Both the position numbers and the translations under genes were made by a program. This document shows positions 12,906 through 26,626 of a stretch of DNA of 64,000 bases, piece by piece. How positions within the stretch are numbered: the first letter of the stretch is position 1; each line of letters starts with the position of its first letter. The DNA is taken from the NCBI GenBank assembly GCA_039096225.1, contig JBBPEB010000006.1:1054001-1118000 (forward strand). The letters are read 5' to 3'. Source of the DNA: Blastocystis sp. Blastoise (lineage: Eukaryota > Protista > Bigyra: Opalinata). The notes under the pieces were generated by a model. It was not told the DNA's origin and did no database searches. It saw only the letters and a program-made list of their open reading frames with translations.

Positions 12906-14306
12906 TAGAAGTAAATACAATATTAGATATAATAAATAAGTATAAATGGTTCTAAATTAATCATCGATTCATAATAAAAATGACACAGCATATATATAAT
13001 GATACAAAAAAATATATAAATCATAACACTATAATTAGTAGTACCATAAGAATAATAGTTTCTAGGAATAATACGAATATAAAACATTATCAATTGAAGG
13101 ATAAGATTAATAGAGGATTGATAATTGTTATAGATAATTCTTGAATATTAAATATACTGAAATATAAGTATCATTATTCATAGTATGTATGGACATAGTA
13201 TACATATAATAGAAATCTTTATTCAATTCATTATATCATTTGAAATATTAAATATTTATTTTATACTATTAATGAATTTCTATACTAATAATAGTTTACA
13301 AACAAAATGAATGATCTTCAATAATGCAGACATCATCAATAATTGCATTATAGCAGATATTCAATTGGAATAGTTGAGTGCTCAAATTAGAAATAAGTAT
13401 TAGTAACAACTAATTACTAATAGATAGTTTGAGATAACACTAATAATTGTTAAAAGATCAATAAAGTGGTTAATACAAAATGAGAAAGGTAATATGAAGA
13501 TAACATATTGTTCAAAAAAATATAGAGAATAGTCTCATTTGTATATCTAATAAAGTATTAATTACTTTATAGGAATCCATATAATGATATAATAATAACC
13601 CATTATAAATAAAGCATAAATATGCATTTAAATATGTTGAATACTTATTACGACCAGTAAAGTAATTTGTATATCAAATATAACTAATGGCATAAATTAT
13701 TATAACATAAATATTAATAATTTTATATTGTAATGCTACATAATATGTAGTAATATTAAAATAATACTTTATATAACAATATAAAAACAAATGTAGTAGT
13801 ACAAATAAAATATCATGTACTATATGAATTGCTTATAATGCAATACATAATAGGAACTTAGTGTATGCTTCATAACGATTAAAATCGTATCATATATTAT
13901 TTATATATATGTCCCATGATATTTCTTTTTATATTTTCTGATATATTAAGTTAAAGTTCTAGAAAAATTTATATTAAAAATTATTATATAACATGTAATA
14001 GCAAGATTTATAATGCTAATAATAATAAGAATCTGCATAATTATTTCATTAAAAAATGAAGAGAAACCATTAAATAATCTGGAATTTTAAATTAGATTAG
14101 TATGCTTTCATTATTAATTATATTAAATAATATTTGCTCTCCTTCAATAAGAGATAATAAACTATGATAGTATTATATTCGTGTTTTATAAAACTCGTTA
14201 TCTTTGCATATCTTATTTTATAATAACTCTTCAATGGAAATAATATTATATTAAATAATGATTGCAATAATTACTTTATACTTCATATTCTCATATATTA
14301 TTAATA

Positions 14307-17300
14307 TCCTTAATTTAGTTCTGCAAAAGTACGGTGTCTCACACAATTTCACCTTTATTGACTTTATTATTAACTTTTATAAAATAAAAATAACATCAAA
14401 AAATCCGGAACACAATTCTAAAAATGACTGTTAAAGAAATTTTTCGAAAACTCTAAGTTTCTGGCTAAAAAATGCAAAAAACCATTTTCGCACAAAATTT
14501 TAACCAAAATTATTGGATTATTTTTATTTTATCCAATATTCTTCATTTTTATAAAAACACTTATTTTTCCATTTTCATTTTTTATTGTTTTCTTATTTTT
14601 CCTATATCACTTCACATACTCTATATTTATTTTTATAAAATTAACTTTTATTGACGGGTTGGTCTAATAAATAGTTTTGACGGGTAGATTTGTTTATATT
14701 TACAACTTGACAACATATCAATACACACATTACTAACTTTAAACTCTAAAATGATTACAATCGTAATGTAAATGACTTTAACTACTCTGAAATAGCAATA
14801 ATTCCTTTAAATAACGACAAAAGACAAACTGATATCCAACACATTCCTTCTTAATAAACTTATTTGAGCTTTAATGTATTTATTTAACTCTATATCCGTC
14901 ATAAATATGTTTTATATTTTAATAATATGTTTTAAAAGAGAAATATTTGTTTATAAAAATTTTTCATCTTTGATACCCAATTTTGTTATCATCAGATCTC
15001 AGTCAATATTCAATATATAATAAAAATAAAAGCATATTTGTAAACAAGACAACCTAAATGTCATCCGTTTTTTATATTTTTGTTTAATATCCAATATTGA
15101 CCGAGATATGTTAATTTATATTAAAAACATAAAAATGAAATTTTTCTAAAAATGGTATATTTTGTTATCATCAGTTCTCAGTCAATATTTTATAAAATAA
15201 AAAGGTTAAAGCTTATTTAGATATAGGACGACCTAAATGTCATCCGTTTTTGCCATTTTTTTAAAATATTAAAAAATGAAGTCACAGGAGACAATAGTTA
15301 AACTCAATAAAGAAAAGACTTTTGAAATTTTTCTCAAAAATTTTTCATTTGTTTTTTGTTTATATTTTCATCATTAACAAGCATATTTGACATTTGACAC
15401 TATATTCAAAAACTACATATCAAAATAAACATATTTTACAATTTTATTTTGTTTTTAAAAGACTTTGACAACAGATCACCAGACAATGTTAACTCAATAA
15501 ACTCTTAAAACGTTTCAATTCGTGTTTAGAATCACTCATAGACACTTTGTGTGACTTATTTACAAAAGTTAAGACAACATGTTGAACTGATACTGACAAT
15601 GTTTGTTTTAAAAAGTCAGTTGTCAGTCTTTATGATTTGGAAATGTCATAAATAAGCTTTAAATAAGAAAATTAGTTTTTAAAAATCTTTAATTAGTGAA
15701 ATAAGTCGTTTAAAAAAAAGAAAACATTTTTGATACTATAGTTTGTTTTGACAATTTCTCCATCAATATTAATTTTTAAAAAATAAATAAAACATATTTA
15801 TAAACTAGATAACATATAGTTTATATATTTATAAAAATATTATCAAAATATAGAATAACTTTTGAGATAAAAAATTATATATGCAAAACATAAAAAAATT
15901 AATTTTTGAAAAAATGGTATACTTTATAACATTAATTTCTCAGTCAATATTTAATTATTTTATATAATTATAACAAATAAATATAGAGAATAAAACATAT
16001 TAATAATATAAATTTTAATATTTAAAATTAATTAAGAAATGAGTTTAGTAGAGTCAATAGTATAACATGTTAAAAAACTGAAAATTGAAAAATCTTTTTT
16101 CTAAAAATTTTCTGAAAGTTGACAAATCAAATTCATATTTGACAATTAATTTTTACATATTTGATAACTACACGTTATATGTATTGCATTTCTAAAAAAA
16201 TAGTCAAAAAAAAGTTTGAAGAGTGAATGAGCAAGTGGACATGTTGACTTATAATTTTAAAAAGCACTGTTATTCATGTCATAAATATCATATTTAATAC
16301 ATATCACTAATATTAACTTTTTATGGTATGTTTATGTCGTAAAAAAGTAGTAATTTGTTTGTTTGTAGGTCTTATGTCAAGAGATTCAAGACAATTTTTG
16401 TAGAAATGAATATAAAAGTATTAATTGAGTCTTAGTGCGACTACAATTGTTGAAATAAACGTGATAAAAAAATAGACAAATTTTGAAATTGACCATATCT
16501 TTATAAATATATTCCAATCACGTAAAAGTCATTGTATATATGATATAAAAACGTTTTTTTTACATATATAAATTTACTTGGGATCATAAACACTTATCAT
16601 TCTTATTGATTGTCAATAATTTTTCAATTGTTTATAACATGATTAATAAAAATTCGTTTGAAATTGTTAGTGTAGCTGTTTTGTTACAACATTACTATAT
16701 AGAAATACACAAATTGAAAAAACAAATCGTTAAGATGTCTTTATTACTTAAAAAAGTTATTAATTACTGTTAAATATTTCTTTTTATATTGTATTATTTG
16801 AATATCTTTATATAAGTTTATGTTCGTAAAGTAGAAGATTAATGAATTCTGACTTTTTATATTAAAAATTTTTATTCATGTTTTCTTGATTCTAATAGAA
16901 TACTCATTTTAATGTTTATATTCAAATAAATAAAAAAGAATAACACTCTTTTATCTGCCCATTCAGTTTGATCTTGAAAAATATACTACTTTTAAGACCT
17001 AGAAATATTTATTCGAAATTATGACATTAGTGAGAAGTTCATTTCATAAATTATTGTATAAAATAATATACATATAATTACCGAATTAAGAGAAAATCTT
17101 CAATATGAATAATATATAAATATCTAGATTCTGTAAAACAATATTTTGTAATCTATATCAGGGTTTGAACCTGATAGTAATTCATAATAAAATTACTGCT
17201 CCCATACTGAGCATAGATACAGCCAAATGATATATTTATAAAAAGTAATATAGATAAAGAAATAAATACTAAATAATAAATATATAGAAAAAACAGCATC

Positions 17301-18181
17301 AAATAAAATTAGAAAACAGTACAACCATATACTAATAAATACTCAATAACAACATCTTTAATGAGTAGTATAAATAGAAGATCTAAATAAATTAATTGAT
17401 AGCCATTTAAAATCAAAACAATAATAAATGAGATGATAAAACTAATAAAGAATAAATTAATAATTAATACAGAAATAATACAATCAATAATTATAAAAAA
17501 TTTCAACGATAGACAAAAATAGCTACTAAATCAAAAAAATATTATGATTAAGAAGAAACAATCATAAATAAAAAAATACAAAAAAATCAAACGTGATAAA
17601 GTAAAAGACTAATAAATAAAGACTAAATAATCAAATCTAAAGAATAAAAATAACAAAAATAAATAAATAGCAATTAGTAAAACTGACAAAACATCTACAT
17701 CTAACCACTGAAGAAGAAGAAAATCAAAATAAGGAAAACGTTCATGAAGTCTAAATCACAGCTTGAGTTTCATACATCATTTTGGATACAGAATTAACAC
17801 AACATCAATAACAAATAATTATGAACATCTGGACAAACTCTGAATTAATTTTTTAAGCAGTAGAACAATACTAACTCATTCTACTACAGAAGTTACTAAT
17901 ATTTATCAATAATTTTGACATACTATTCTAGGATAGCAATAGCAATTAGTTGATAACCATCATAGATTCATAGACATCATTGTTAACGTTAAGAAAATCA
18001 ACAGTGACAATAGATAACTTAAAAAATTAATATTGAAAAAAAACAAGTTTTAAATTTTTTAAGAAAGTCAGTTTAAATAATTGTGAATAATTTAAATTAT
18101 TGTTTGAAGTTTTGTTTTTCCCCGTTTATCAATAATAATTGTATATGAAAATAAGAAAAGATCACTCATATTTATTTATGT
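14307..18181 (+). mobile_element. Probable 5' non-coding region of another Helitron-related element (family-B related); 5' boundary tentative
   Basis: 15477-16127 is the reverse-complement homolog of 24804-25452 inside the family-B non-autonomous copy. The region has internal direct repeats ~179 bp apart (14981/15160), a cloverleaf at 17151, and a candidate start A|TCCTTAATTTAG at 14307. Confidence 0.55.
17151..17218 (-). ncRNA. tRNA-like cloverleaf, copy 2 (divergent)
   Basis: Minus strand reads ATCTATG|CTC-agtatgg-GAG|cAGTAATT-ttattatg-AATTACTa|TCAGG-ttcaaac-CCTGA|TATAGAT. GCTCAGTATGGGAGC closely resembles a tRNA D-arm. Confidence 0.8.
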
Positions 18182-19314
18182 ATGAATAGTTATAATAAAG
18201 CATATCAAAAGAAGATTCAACAAAAAAAGAAAATGCAGAAGAGACGTTTTCAAAGTTGGTTTTCTTATATTATCTTTTTAACTCATTCATTCTATAAATA
18301 TACTATTTTCTGTTTAACTATAGACCAGGACATAAGTAGTCAAAGTAGTCTTATAGATGAAGGTATTTTTTTGTATACAATGAAATCTTTCTATACATAT
18401 TTAAAAATTCTGATCATGATTCCTATTTAGATTCTCGCAATACTAATGACGGGTCTCCAGTAGTTATTAACAGTTGTGAAAGTAAATAATAAATATGAAA
18501 ACCATTATTTTTTTTAGAAAGTAAACAAAATGTTTCCATTTCAGAAATTAATTTTTCTCAGAAGTCTCTTTGTAACACAGACAAAGGTATATATAGCTTT
18601 TCACTATCGCAATTAACTATTTTTTATATATTAAACTTTTTCAATATTAAATATAAATAATATTTTATGTTTTTATTACCATTGTTATTATTATAGTTAT
18701 TCATATTTTTATAGATGATTCTATATCTAAAGAATCAATAAATATTCAAACAATAACTGTTGACAAGACTTCTGAGAGTATTCATTTATCATTGTAGTAT
18801 CCTTATAACATATTATAATAGGTATAAATCACGTTGAATCAATACCAGTTCCAGGAAACATTCCTCCTTTAGAAAAAGGTATTTATTTAAATAAAAGAAT
18901 TTTTCTTAATAGAATATATAAAATATTTCATATAATATATTATTATTATATTATGTCAATATTATATAAACATAATTTCTTTCTATATAGAAAATTCTTC
19001 ATGTTTTAAAGTAATCAATAATAATAACAATGAAAGTATTAAAATATTTTTGAATCTATATAATGTAAAATTATTTTATATAGAAAGTATTGAGTTACCC
19101 AAGAACAACAAAAATGATAAAAGTACTTTATTATTTGAAAAAGAAACTATATATAAATATATAGAAGATGTTAATAACCTTTCTTCCCCTAATAGAATCA
19201 GTGATAGTATGTTATATATATTCGTTATTATTATTCACTTTCTAGAAGATACTCTATCTAAAATTACGAATAATTCATCTAAAGGTATATACTATCTATT
19301 ATAAAATGGTTCTT

Positions 19315-19379
<65 letters not shown>

Positions 19380-19656
19380 TGATAGTACTAATTCTATTCC
19401 AGTGTATACAAATACTGAGAGTAGATATATATATATATATATTATATTATATTATATATATTATATATAGATGATTCTTTATGCGAGAATAAAAAGGATA
19501 ATAAGGGTATATTATAATCTATTATTGATTTATATTATTTATATATAGTTATAGAAAATTCTTTTAATTCTAAAATTTTAGATAACAATACTAAAGGTAT
19601 TTTAATTTTCAAAATATATATTTAATATATTTAGAAACAAAAATAACTATTGTAAC

Positions 19657-19687
<31 letters not shown>

Positions 19688-20240
19688 TGCTTTTATAATT
19701 TAATTTTTGTTTTATAATAGATAATACAAACCTCAGTATCAATTCTATTCAAGTATTAAGTCACAGAAGTCAAGGTATTGAAATATATATATATTATATA
19801 TATATGTTTTGAATATTTTTCATATATCTATTTTTATAATAGAAACAGAACCAAAAAGAACAGATAATGAAATTATTGATGTTGATTGCGAAACTATTCA
19901 TTCTAAAGGTATAATAAATATATAACTTATATCTTTCTATATCATATTAATTAAAAATATTTGATATAAATTTTTTAATATATAGAAGCCGAAGTTAAAC
20001 TACTGGATAAAATTAATCTATCAAGTTGTATTTCTAATAATAAAAGTATTTTTATATATTATAATATATTATCACTTTTCTTAGATACTTTTATTGATGA
20101 ACACTTACATAATGGTATAAATAAATTATAGACTTTATTCCACTACTACATATATATATAAATCTGTTTATATATAATTAATTTTTAACCATAAATACTG
20201 ATATTATTATTATATTAAAATAAAATAATAAATATTGAAT

Positions 20241-20283
<43 letters not shown>

Positions 20284-21046
20284 TATCTTCTATTCAGTAA
20301 CTACTATTAATCAATAATTCTTATATATTTAGATTGTAAACTAAAGCCATTAAAAAATAAATCAGATACATTCACCATATTATCTGCTTCACCTTCTTTA
20401 AGTATTTTATTTTTAATTTGATTATATTTTCTTTAATTGTTTTTTATAGCCCCTACACGTTTATATTCAAAATGTGATGATAAAGGTATTTAGATTCTCA
20501 TCTTTCTATTCTATTCTATGATTTATATTGCCTATATTTCTTTTTGTTTTGTTTATCTTTTATAGAATTTCATGAACATGAAAAGAGTTGTACACATGCT
20601 AATAACAATAGTGGACACTCAAATTGTAACTATATTATTTATTGTATTATTATTATATAATTTGTCTCCAATAATTTTTATATTATATGTATTATTATAC
20701 TTATGCTTATCATTTGTATATAATTTTTAGATAATAGTCAATCTCCAGTTACATATGCGAATAAGAATAGAAATAATAATAATTTTCTGAGTATTTACTT
20801 ATCTTATACTAATATAAAAAAGATATTATTTTTCTTTTTATTAATTATTTTATATTTCTCTATCGTGTTTAATTTCTATAAATTAAAATTATACTACCCA
20901 TTATATCATTATATAGAAAAACAAGTATTTGATCATAATAAGAAATACAAGCGTTTCACGACTGGCTACGCCAGCCTACGCTTGAATCTAGATAAGAATA
21001 AAAAAATAGTTTTATAAAAAAATATCTTTTCATTATTTTAAATTAA

Positions 21047-23749
21047 TCATTACTATATATATGAGAATAGGCAAAAAAATTCCCATTGGTCAGTTTTTGG
21101 AAAATTCATTTGATTGGCTACTATATACTAGAGTTTGTACCCACAACTCCTCTAAACTTACGGGGAGTTAACTTTTCGTTGAAACACAGTTCAATAGGAT
21201 ATAACATGTAGTTGTGCACCATATATTTGGTTAAGCGATATTATTTATATTTAAAAAGTAATTAATAAAAAAACAGAAAACATGATTTTTGAGTCGTTTT
21301 TGATTGGCTCTTTGGGATCATCCCGATAAAAATTGTTGACCAGACAATTGAAAAATAAACATGGGGTAAACTTGATTTTTTCTCAATCCCACAATATACG
21401 TTATCCGTGTTTATTCTTTATATTTATCTATTTTTTAATACTTTTTCATATTGAACACGTGAGGCCTTAACGGTCAAATTTAGATTCTTATTTTGACATC
21501 ATATTCTGATTCAGGAGGTCAAAAAACCTAGGTGTACCAATTTTGAGCTCCTGAGGACGATTTTTGAGTGATCGATATTTTCTTCGATCTTCTTATAGTG
21601 GACTAATATTACAGCATAGTAATCAATAGGTCCTCAAACTACTATAGTTAAAACAAAGTCTTAAAATAACGAGTTTAAAAGTGACAATTTTGAAAAATGT
21701 GAATTAAGTGGTCTTAGAGTGAGAGATTCAATATAATGACTTTTATTTAATAAACTAGAGGTAATACTCTATACTATGTCAAAAGGAGATTAAAAATTAT
21801 GAAGGTCAAAGTGTATGACCAAATGACAAAATGTGTCTTAAAAAGTAAAAGGGTTTCTATATGTGTTCAAAATATTGAATCACGTCTATTCTTTGAATAA
21901 GAGCTTTAAATAAATAGTTTAAGGTTGTCAAATTCAAAAGAATGTGTAAAACATAGTCTTAAACTTTGAATAAAAAATTTATAGATATTAATTAGTGTAC
22001 AGCTGTAGTAGCTCTACAACATATCAAAAGTTCAAAGAAAATAATTTTTAGAGAGTGGATGTGTGAAGGGTTGTGAGAGTTATTAAAAATTTATTTTTAC
22101 TTCAGTTTGAGCAAAATCGTGAATTTCGTGCACTGTAGAAAAATTGAGTCAGAAGGTCAACTCTAAGGGTCTTAAATTTTGAAAAATGTAAAAATGAGTG
22201 ACTTAGAGGACGAGATTCAAAATAAGAGTGTTTAGTCATTAAACTAGACTGTATGACCTATATTATGTTAAAAGGAGGGACAAAAATATTTTGATCAAAG
22301 TGTATGAGCAAATGGTAAAGTGTCTTTAAAAAGTCTAAAGTGTTGACTAATGTGCTTATAGAGTCATATAAAGTCTACTATGTAAATATTAGCTTTTAAA
22401 AATATGTTTAAGCCTTTCAATTAGTAAAAATATGTTCAAAGAGACTCATAAAATGAGAGTTTTAAGAAACGAGATATTGTTCAGTATACACTAAGAGACA
22501 CTCTACAACATATCAAAAATATAGCAAAAACTATTTTTAGAGACTGCATGTGTAAAGGGTTGTGAGAGTTATTGAAAAAATATTTTTACTTCAGTTTATC
22601 CAAAATCGTGTTTTTGGAACACTGTAGAAAAATTAACGTAAAAAATCAACTCTAAGGGTCTTAATTTTAAAAAATGTGAAAATGTTTGACTTAGAGGACG
22701 AGATTCAAAATTCCCCCTCACTTTCATATAACTAGACCACACACTCTATATTATGTCAAAAGAAGGGACGAAAATATTTTGGTCGAAGTAAATGAGCAAA
22801 TGCAAAAGGTTTATAAAATGTTTTAAAGTGATGACCAATGTGTAGCTATGGTCATATTAAGTAAAGTGTGTAAATATTAGCATTTAAAAATGAGTTTAAG
22901 TGTGTCAACTTTTCATAATGTGTCAAAAAGGGTCTTTAAGACAGAGATTCAAAACATTTACTTTTATTTAATAAATAGTATGATAAACTCTATACTATAT
23001 CAAAAGACTGACGGAAACTGTTTTGATACAGTGGATCTTGAATGGGTAAAGTCTCTTTAAAAGTTACTATTTTGAGTTATTTATGTTTAAAATCATTATT
23101 TGAGACGAATATAAAAATATTAACTTTTTAAATAATGTTTTAGTTGTCAAAGTGAAAATGAATGTTGACTTTGTTATACTAAAAACTTCAAAATTCTTTT
23201 AAGAAGTATTAAAATGAGTTAAAATTATTTTATTACGTTTATTTAAATGAATTTTATGAATTAAAAATACTTTACACTACTTCACATTGGTACTCATTTC
23301 TAAAGTTATTGACTTTAAAAACTCAAAGAATGTTTTAAACAGTTGTTTAATTATTACTAAATACAAAATATATTTAAAAAATAAATTGTTGTGAAAAAAT
23401 TGACTTAGAAAGTGATTTTAATTAAAAAATAATTTTTTCTCTTTTTTAATTTCTTATTTAAAAAGTCTAAAGTAATCTTATATCAGGAATTGAACCTGAT
23501 TACAATCATAAAATAATTGTAACTCTCCATATAGAGTATAAGAAATTAATATTTAATAAATAATAAATAATATATATAATATATAATATATAATATATAA
23601 TATATAATATATAATATATAATAAATGACTCATATTAAAAACTATATATATATAATATATAAGATAAAAGATAATAAATATTTTTTATATACTCTTTATG
23701 CAGCCGCGGTCCGGGGCCGTTAGGCACTGGACCTGCGGCGTGACCCTAG
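21047..23749 (+). mobile_element. Non-autonomous Helitron, family A (2.7 kb)
   Basis: A|TCATTACTATATATATGAG start, high similarity to 778-~2060, terminal hairpin followed by GTGACCCTAG|T, and no coding capacity. Confidence 0.95.
23476..23543 (-). ncRNA. tRNA-like cloverleaf, copy 3
   Basis: Minus strand reads TCTTATA|CTCT-atatgg-AGAG|TTACAATT-attttat-GATTGTAA|TCAGG-ttcaatt-CCTGA|TATAAGA. Confidence 0.8.
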
Positions 23750-26626
23750 TAGTTCATAATAAATTAAAATTTAATAATAACATTAATGACTATTTCATTA
23801 AATAAAAACTAAAAACTAAAATATTAATCAAAGAATACACTACATTTCATAAATAAATATATTTAGTACTTTGAAAACTTTTATTATTGATATAAAATAT
23901 CGTTTATAAAACAAATTAGTCATTTTAAAAAAACTCTAAAAGACTATAACATTTTTAAATACATATACTCACTTTTATTTTAACTAATTTTATATTCATA
24001 TACATATATATTTAATTTGTTATATTTATTTATAAAAAATAACTTGAATCTCTTTTGTTTTAAGTCACAATTACAAAAAATGAGTTCTTTTGAAAGACAA
24101 AAAACATTCTTTAAACAATAATAGTTTTGTATTTAGTGACAAAAAAACGTATTATACTGTTTTAGAAACAATTAAAATCTTTTTACCCATTTTAACATTC
24201 CTATCAAACAGTCAACCATGTTTAATTAAACTAATTTTTAATATTTTATATTCTATAATAAGTCTATTTATTATTTTTATAAAAAGTGACTTGAATCTCT
24301 TGACTTAACTATTGTAATTCTAAAGAATCAATTTTTTAAACAACTTAAAATGTTTATTTATTGTAAATTTTAATAGAAGAAACTCATAAAACACTCTATA
24401 CATACTTATTACAACCATTTTTTTAAAAAATAGACTCATTTTAACATTTTGGTCAAACACACAACCACCTTTATTTCAAACAATTCTTTTATTATTATAA
24501 ACATTAAACACTCTAATACTCATTTTTATAAAAAGTGTATTGAATCTCTTCACTTAAGACAGTCAAACAGACAATTCAATACTATTTTACCCTTTAAACT
24601 CATTATAAAGTGATAATATTTTCAGAATTGTCCTAACATGTGATTTAGGACACATTGAACTACTTTTTATAAAATTTTGAGTCAACATGTGCATATACTC
24701 ATACACTCGTCTAACCCAATTTTGACTATTATTTTGAGATATGCAATACATATAAGGTCTAGTCTTCAAATATATAAAAAATAGTTGTAAAATATTAATT
24801 TAATTTGTCAACTTTTGGAAAATTTTTAGAAAAATGATTTTTCAATTTTCAGTTTTTTAACATGTTACACTATTGACTCTACTGAACTCATTTCTTAATT
24901 AATTTCAAATGTTAAAATTTATATCGTTAATATATATTATTCTCTATATTAATTTGTTAAAATTATTTAAAACAATTAAATATTGACTGAGAAATTAATG
25001 TTATAAAGTATACCCTTTTTTCAAAAATCAATTTTTTTATGTTTTGCATATATAATTTTTTTTCTCAAAAGTTATTTTATATTTTGATAAGATTTTTATA
25101 AATATATAAACTATATGTTGTCTAGTTTATAAATAAGTTTTATTTATTTTTTAAAAATAAATATTGATGGAAAAATTGTCAAAATAAACTATAGTATCAA
25201 AAATGCTTTCTTCTTTTTAAACGATTTATTTCACTAATTAAAGACAATTAAAAACTTATTTATTTATTTAAACACTATTTATGTCATTTAACACTTATTA
25301 AGACCCATAATAATTTTTTTAAAACAAACATTGTCAGTATCAGTTTAACATGTTGTCTTAACTTTTGTGAATGAGTGATGTATAGTGTTTATGAATGTTT
25401 ATATATAGTAATTGAAACATTTTAAAGTTTATTGAGTTGACATTATTTGGTGTTTTTTCACATTATAAAAAATAATATCACTATTTAAGACCAATATTTT
25501 ATATCTGAGTATTGCATGACCATATACACAGAAACAATACAAAATCAAATTGTTTAAATAGACTTTAACATTTCGAGATACACTCGACCTTTTTTATTTC
25601 TTCTGTTGTTTTGATATGTTATACTATTGTGCCAGTAGTGTAATAAAATGTACTTAATATATTGAATCCCTTATTTTAAATAAATGAAAAAAAGGAATTA
25701 TTTGTAAAGTGAGTTTTAAAAGATTTAAAAATTAAGAAATACAACTTTTATGACTATATTAAGGGTCAATACATTCATATATCATGTTATTAAACAAAAT
25801 AAAAAACAAATCTGTAACAACATACGGCGAACTTGAATTTATATTAAGAAATTCTTGTTCTAATCTAGATATTATACTTATATAATACTCATAAATACCG
25901 TTTTAAAAGAAAATAAGAACAAAAGTTACACATCCAATTATTAAAAGTGTGAGTTTTGACAAAAAAAAAAAAATGAATTTAGTTTAACATCATATTAATA
26001 CAAAAATAAATTTATTTTAATTAAAAAGTTATTAATGAGTGAGAACGACGAATCACAAAAATAAATATGTTGATTTTTTCATTTTATTTTTATGTTTTTT
26101 ACTTTTATTTGAATAACTTCGTCAAAATTTATTGTTTTTGCAAAAAAAAAATTATGAATCGAGTTTAACTAATATAGATGAGTAATAAATAAAATAAAAA
26201 TAAAAAAGACTCTTTTATCAATATAAATTATAAATCACAAAACTAAGTATAATGAATGAAAAAGTAAGATAAATATAATTGGATGCACCAAAACACAATT
26301 TTTAATGGCTCCACAAAACTGTTTATGTCGAATATTCTTTTTTCTTAAAAGTCGTTTTTCTCCTTGGATTTTCAAAATTGACCAATCAAATTTTGAGTAT
26401 CAATTTTTGTCATAAATATCTTGTAAATTACAAAAAATCTTGCCGTTACAATAAAATGCACCAAAGTTACAGCCATTTGAAATTTTTGAAACGGCTCAGT
26501 TAGGCTGCTAAATTAATATATATAATACATCTTCTTCATCTGATTCAGGAATATTGGGTATATTTTATTCCTAATTTTGTAGCAATTATTTATTTATATA
26601 AGCAGATTAGATATATAATATATATA

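Larger units (their letters stand above)
20948..26543 (-). mobile_element. Non-autonomous Helitron, family B, containing a nested family-A copy
   Basis: The minus-strand 3' end CAAGCGTAGGCTGGCGTAGCCAGTCGTGAAACGCTTG|T at 20984-20948 matches the RepHel2 end at 58807-58844. Removing the element restores an in-frame exon. The 5' end is ambiguous: 26543 gives A|TC, and 26522 or 26516 also restore the frame. Confidence 0.75.

Noticed and set aside
12906-14300. Inter-element AT-rich DNA (also 1-777 and 58845-60100)
   Set aside because: No ORF, repeat or structure that I can support.
19635-19651. A 17-nt AG/GT-bounded candidate micro-exon in the second array
   Set aside because: It is not a multiple of 3 and would break the otherwise uniform phase-1 chain, so it was left out of the model.
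20948-20991. Hairpin followed by AATCTAG as a canonical plus-strand Helitron 3' end
   Set aside because: This CTAG is followed by A rather than T and is absent from the homologous end at 58807. Orientation relative to RepHel2 and the split exon both place the element on the minus strand.
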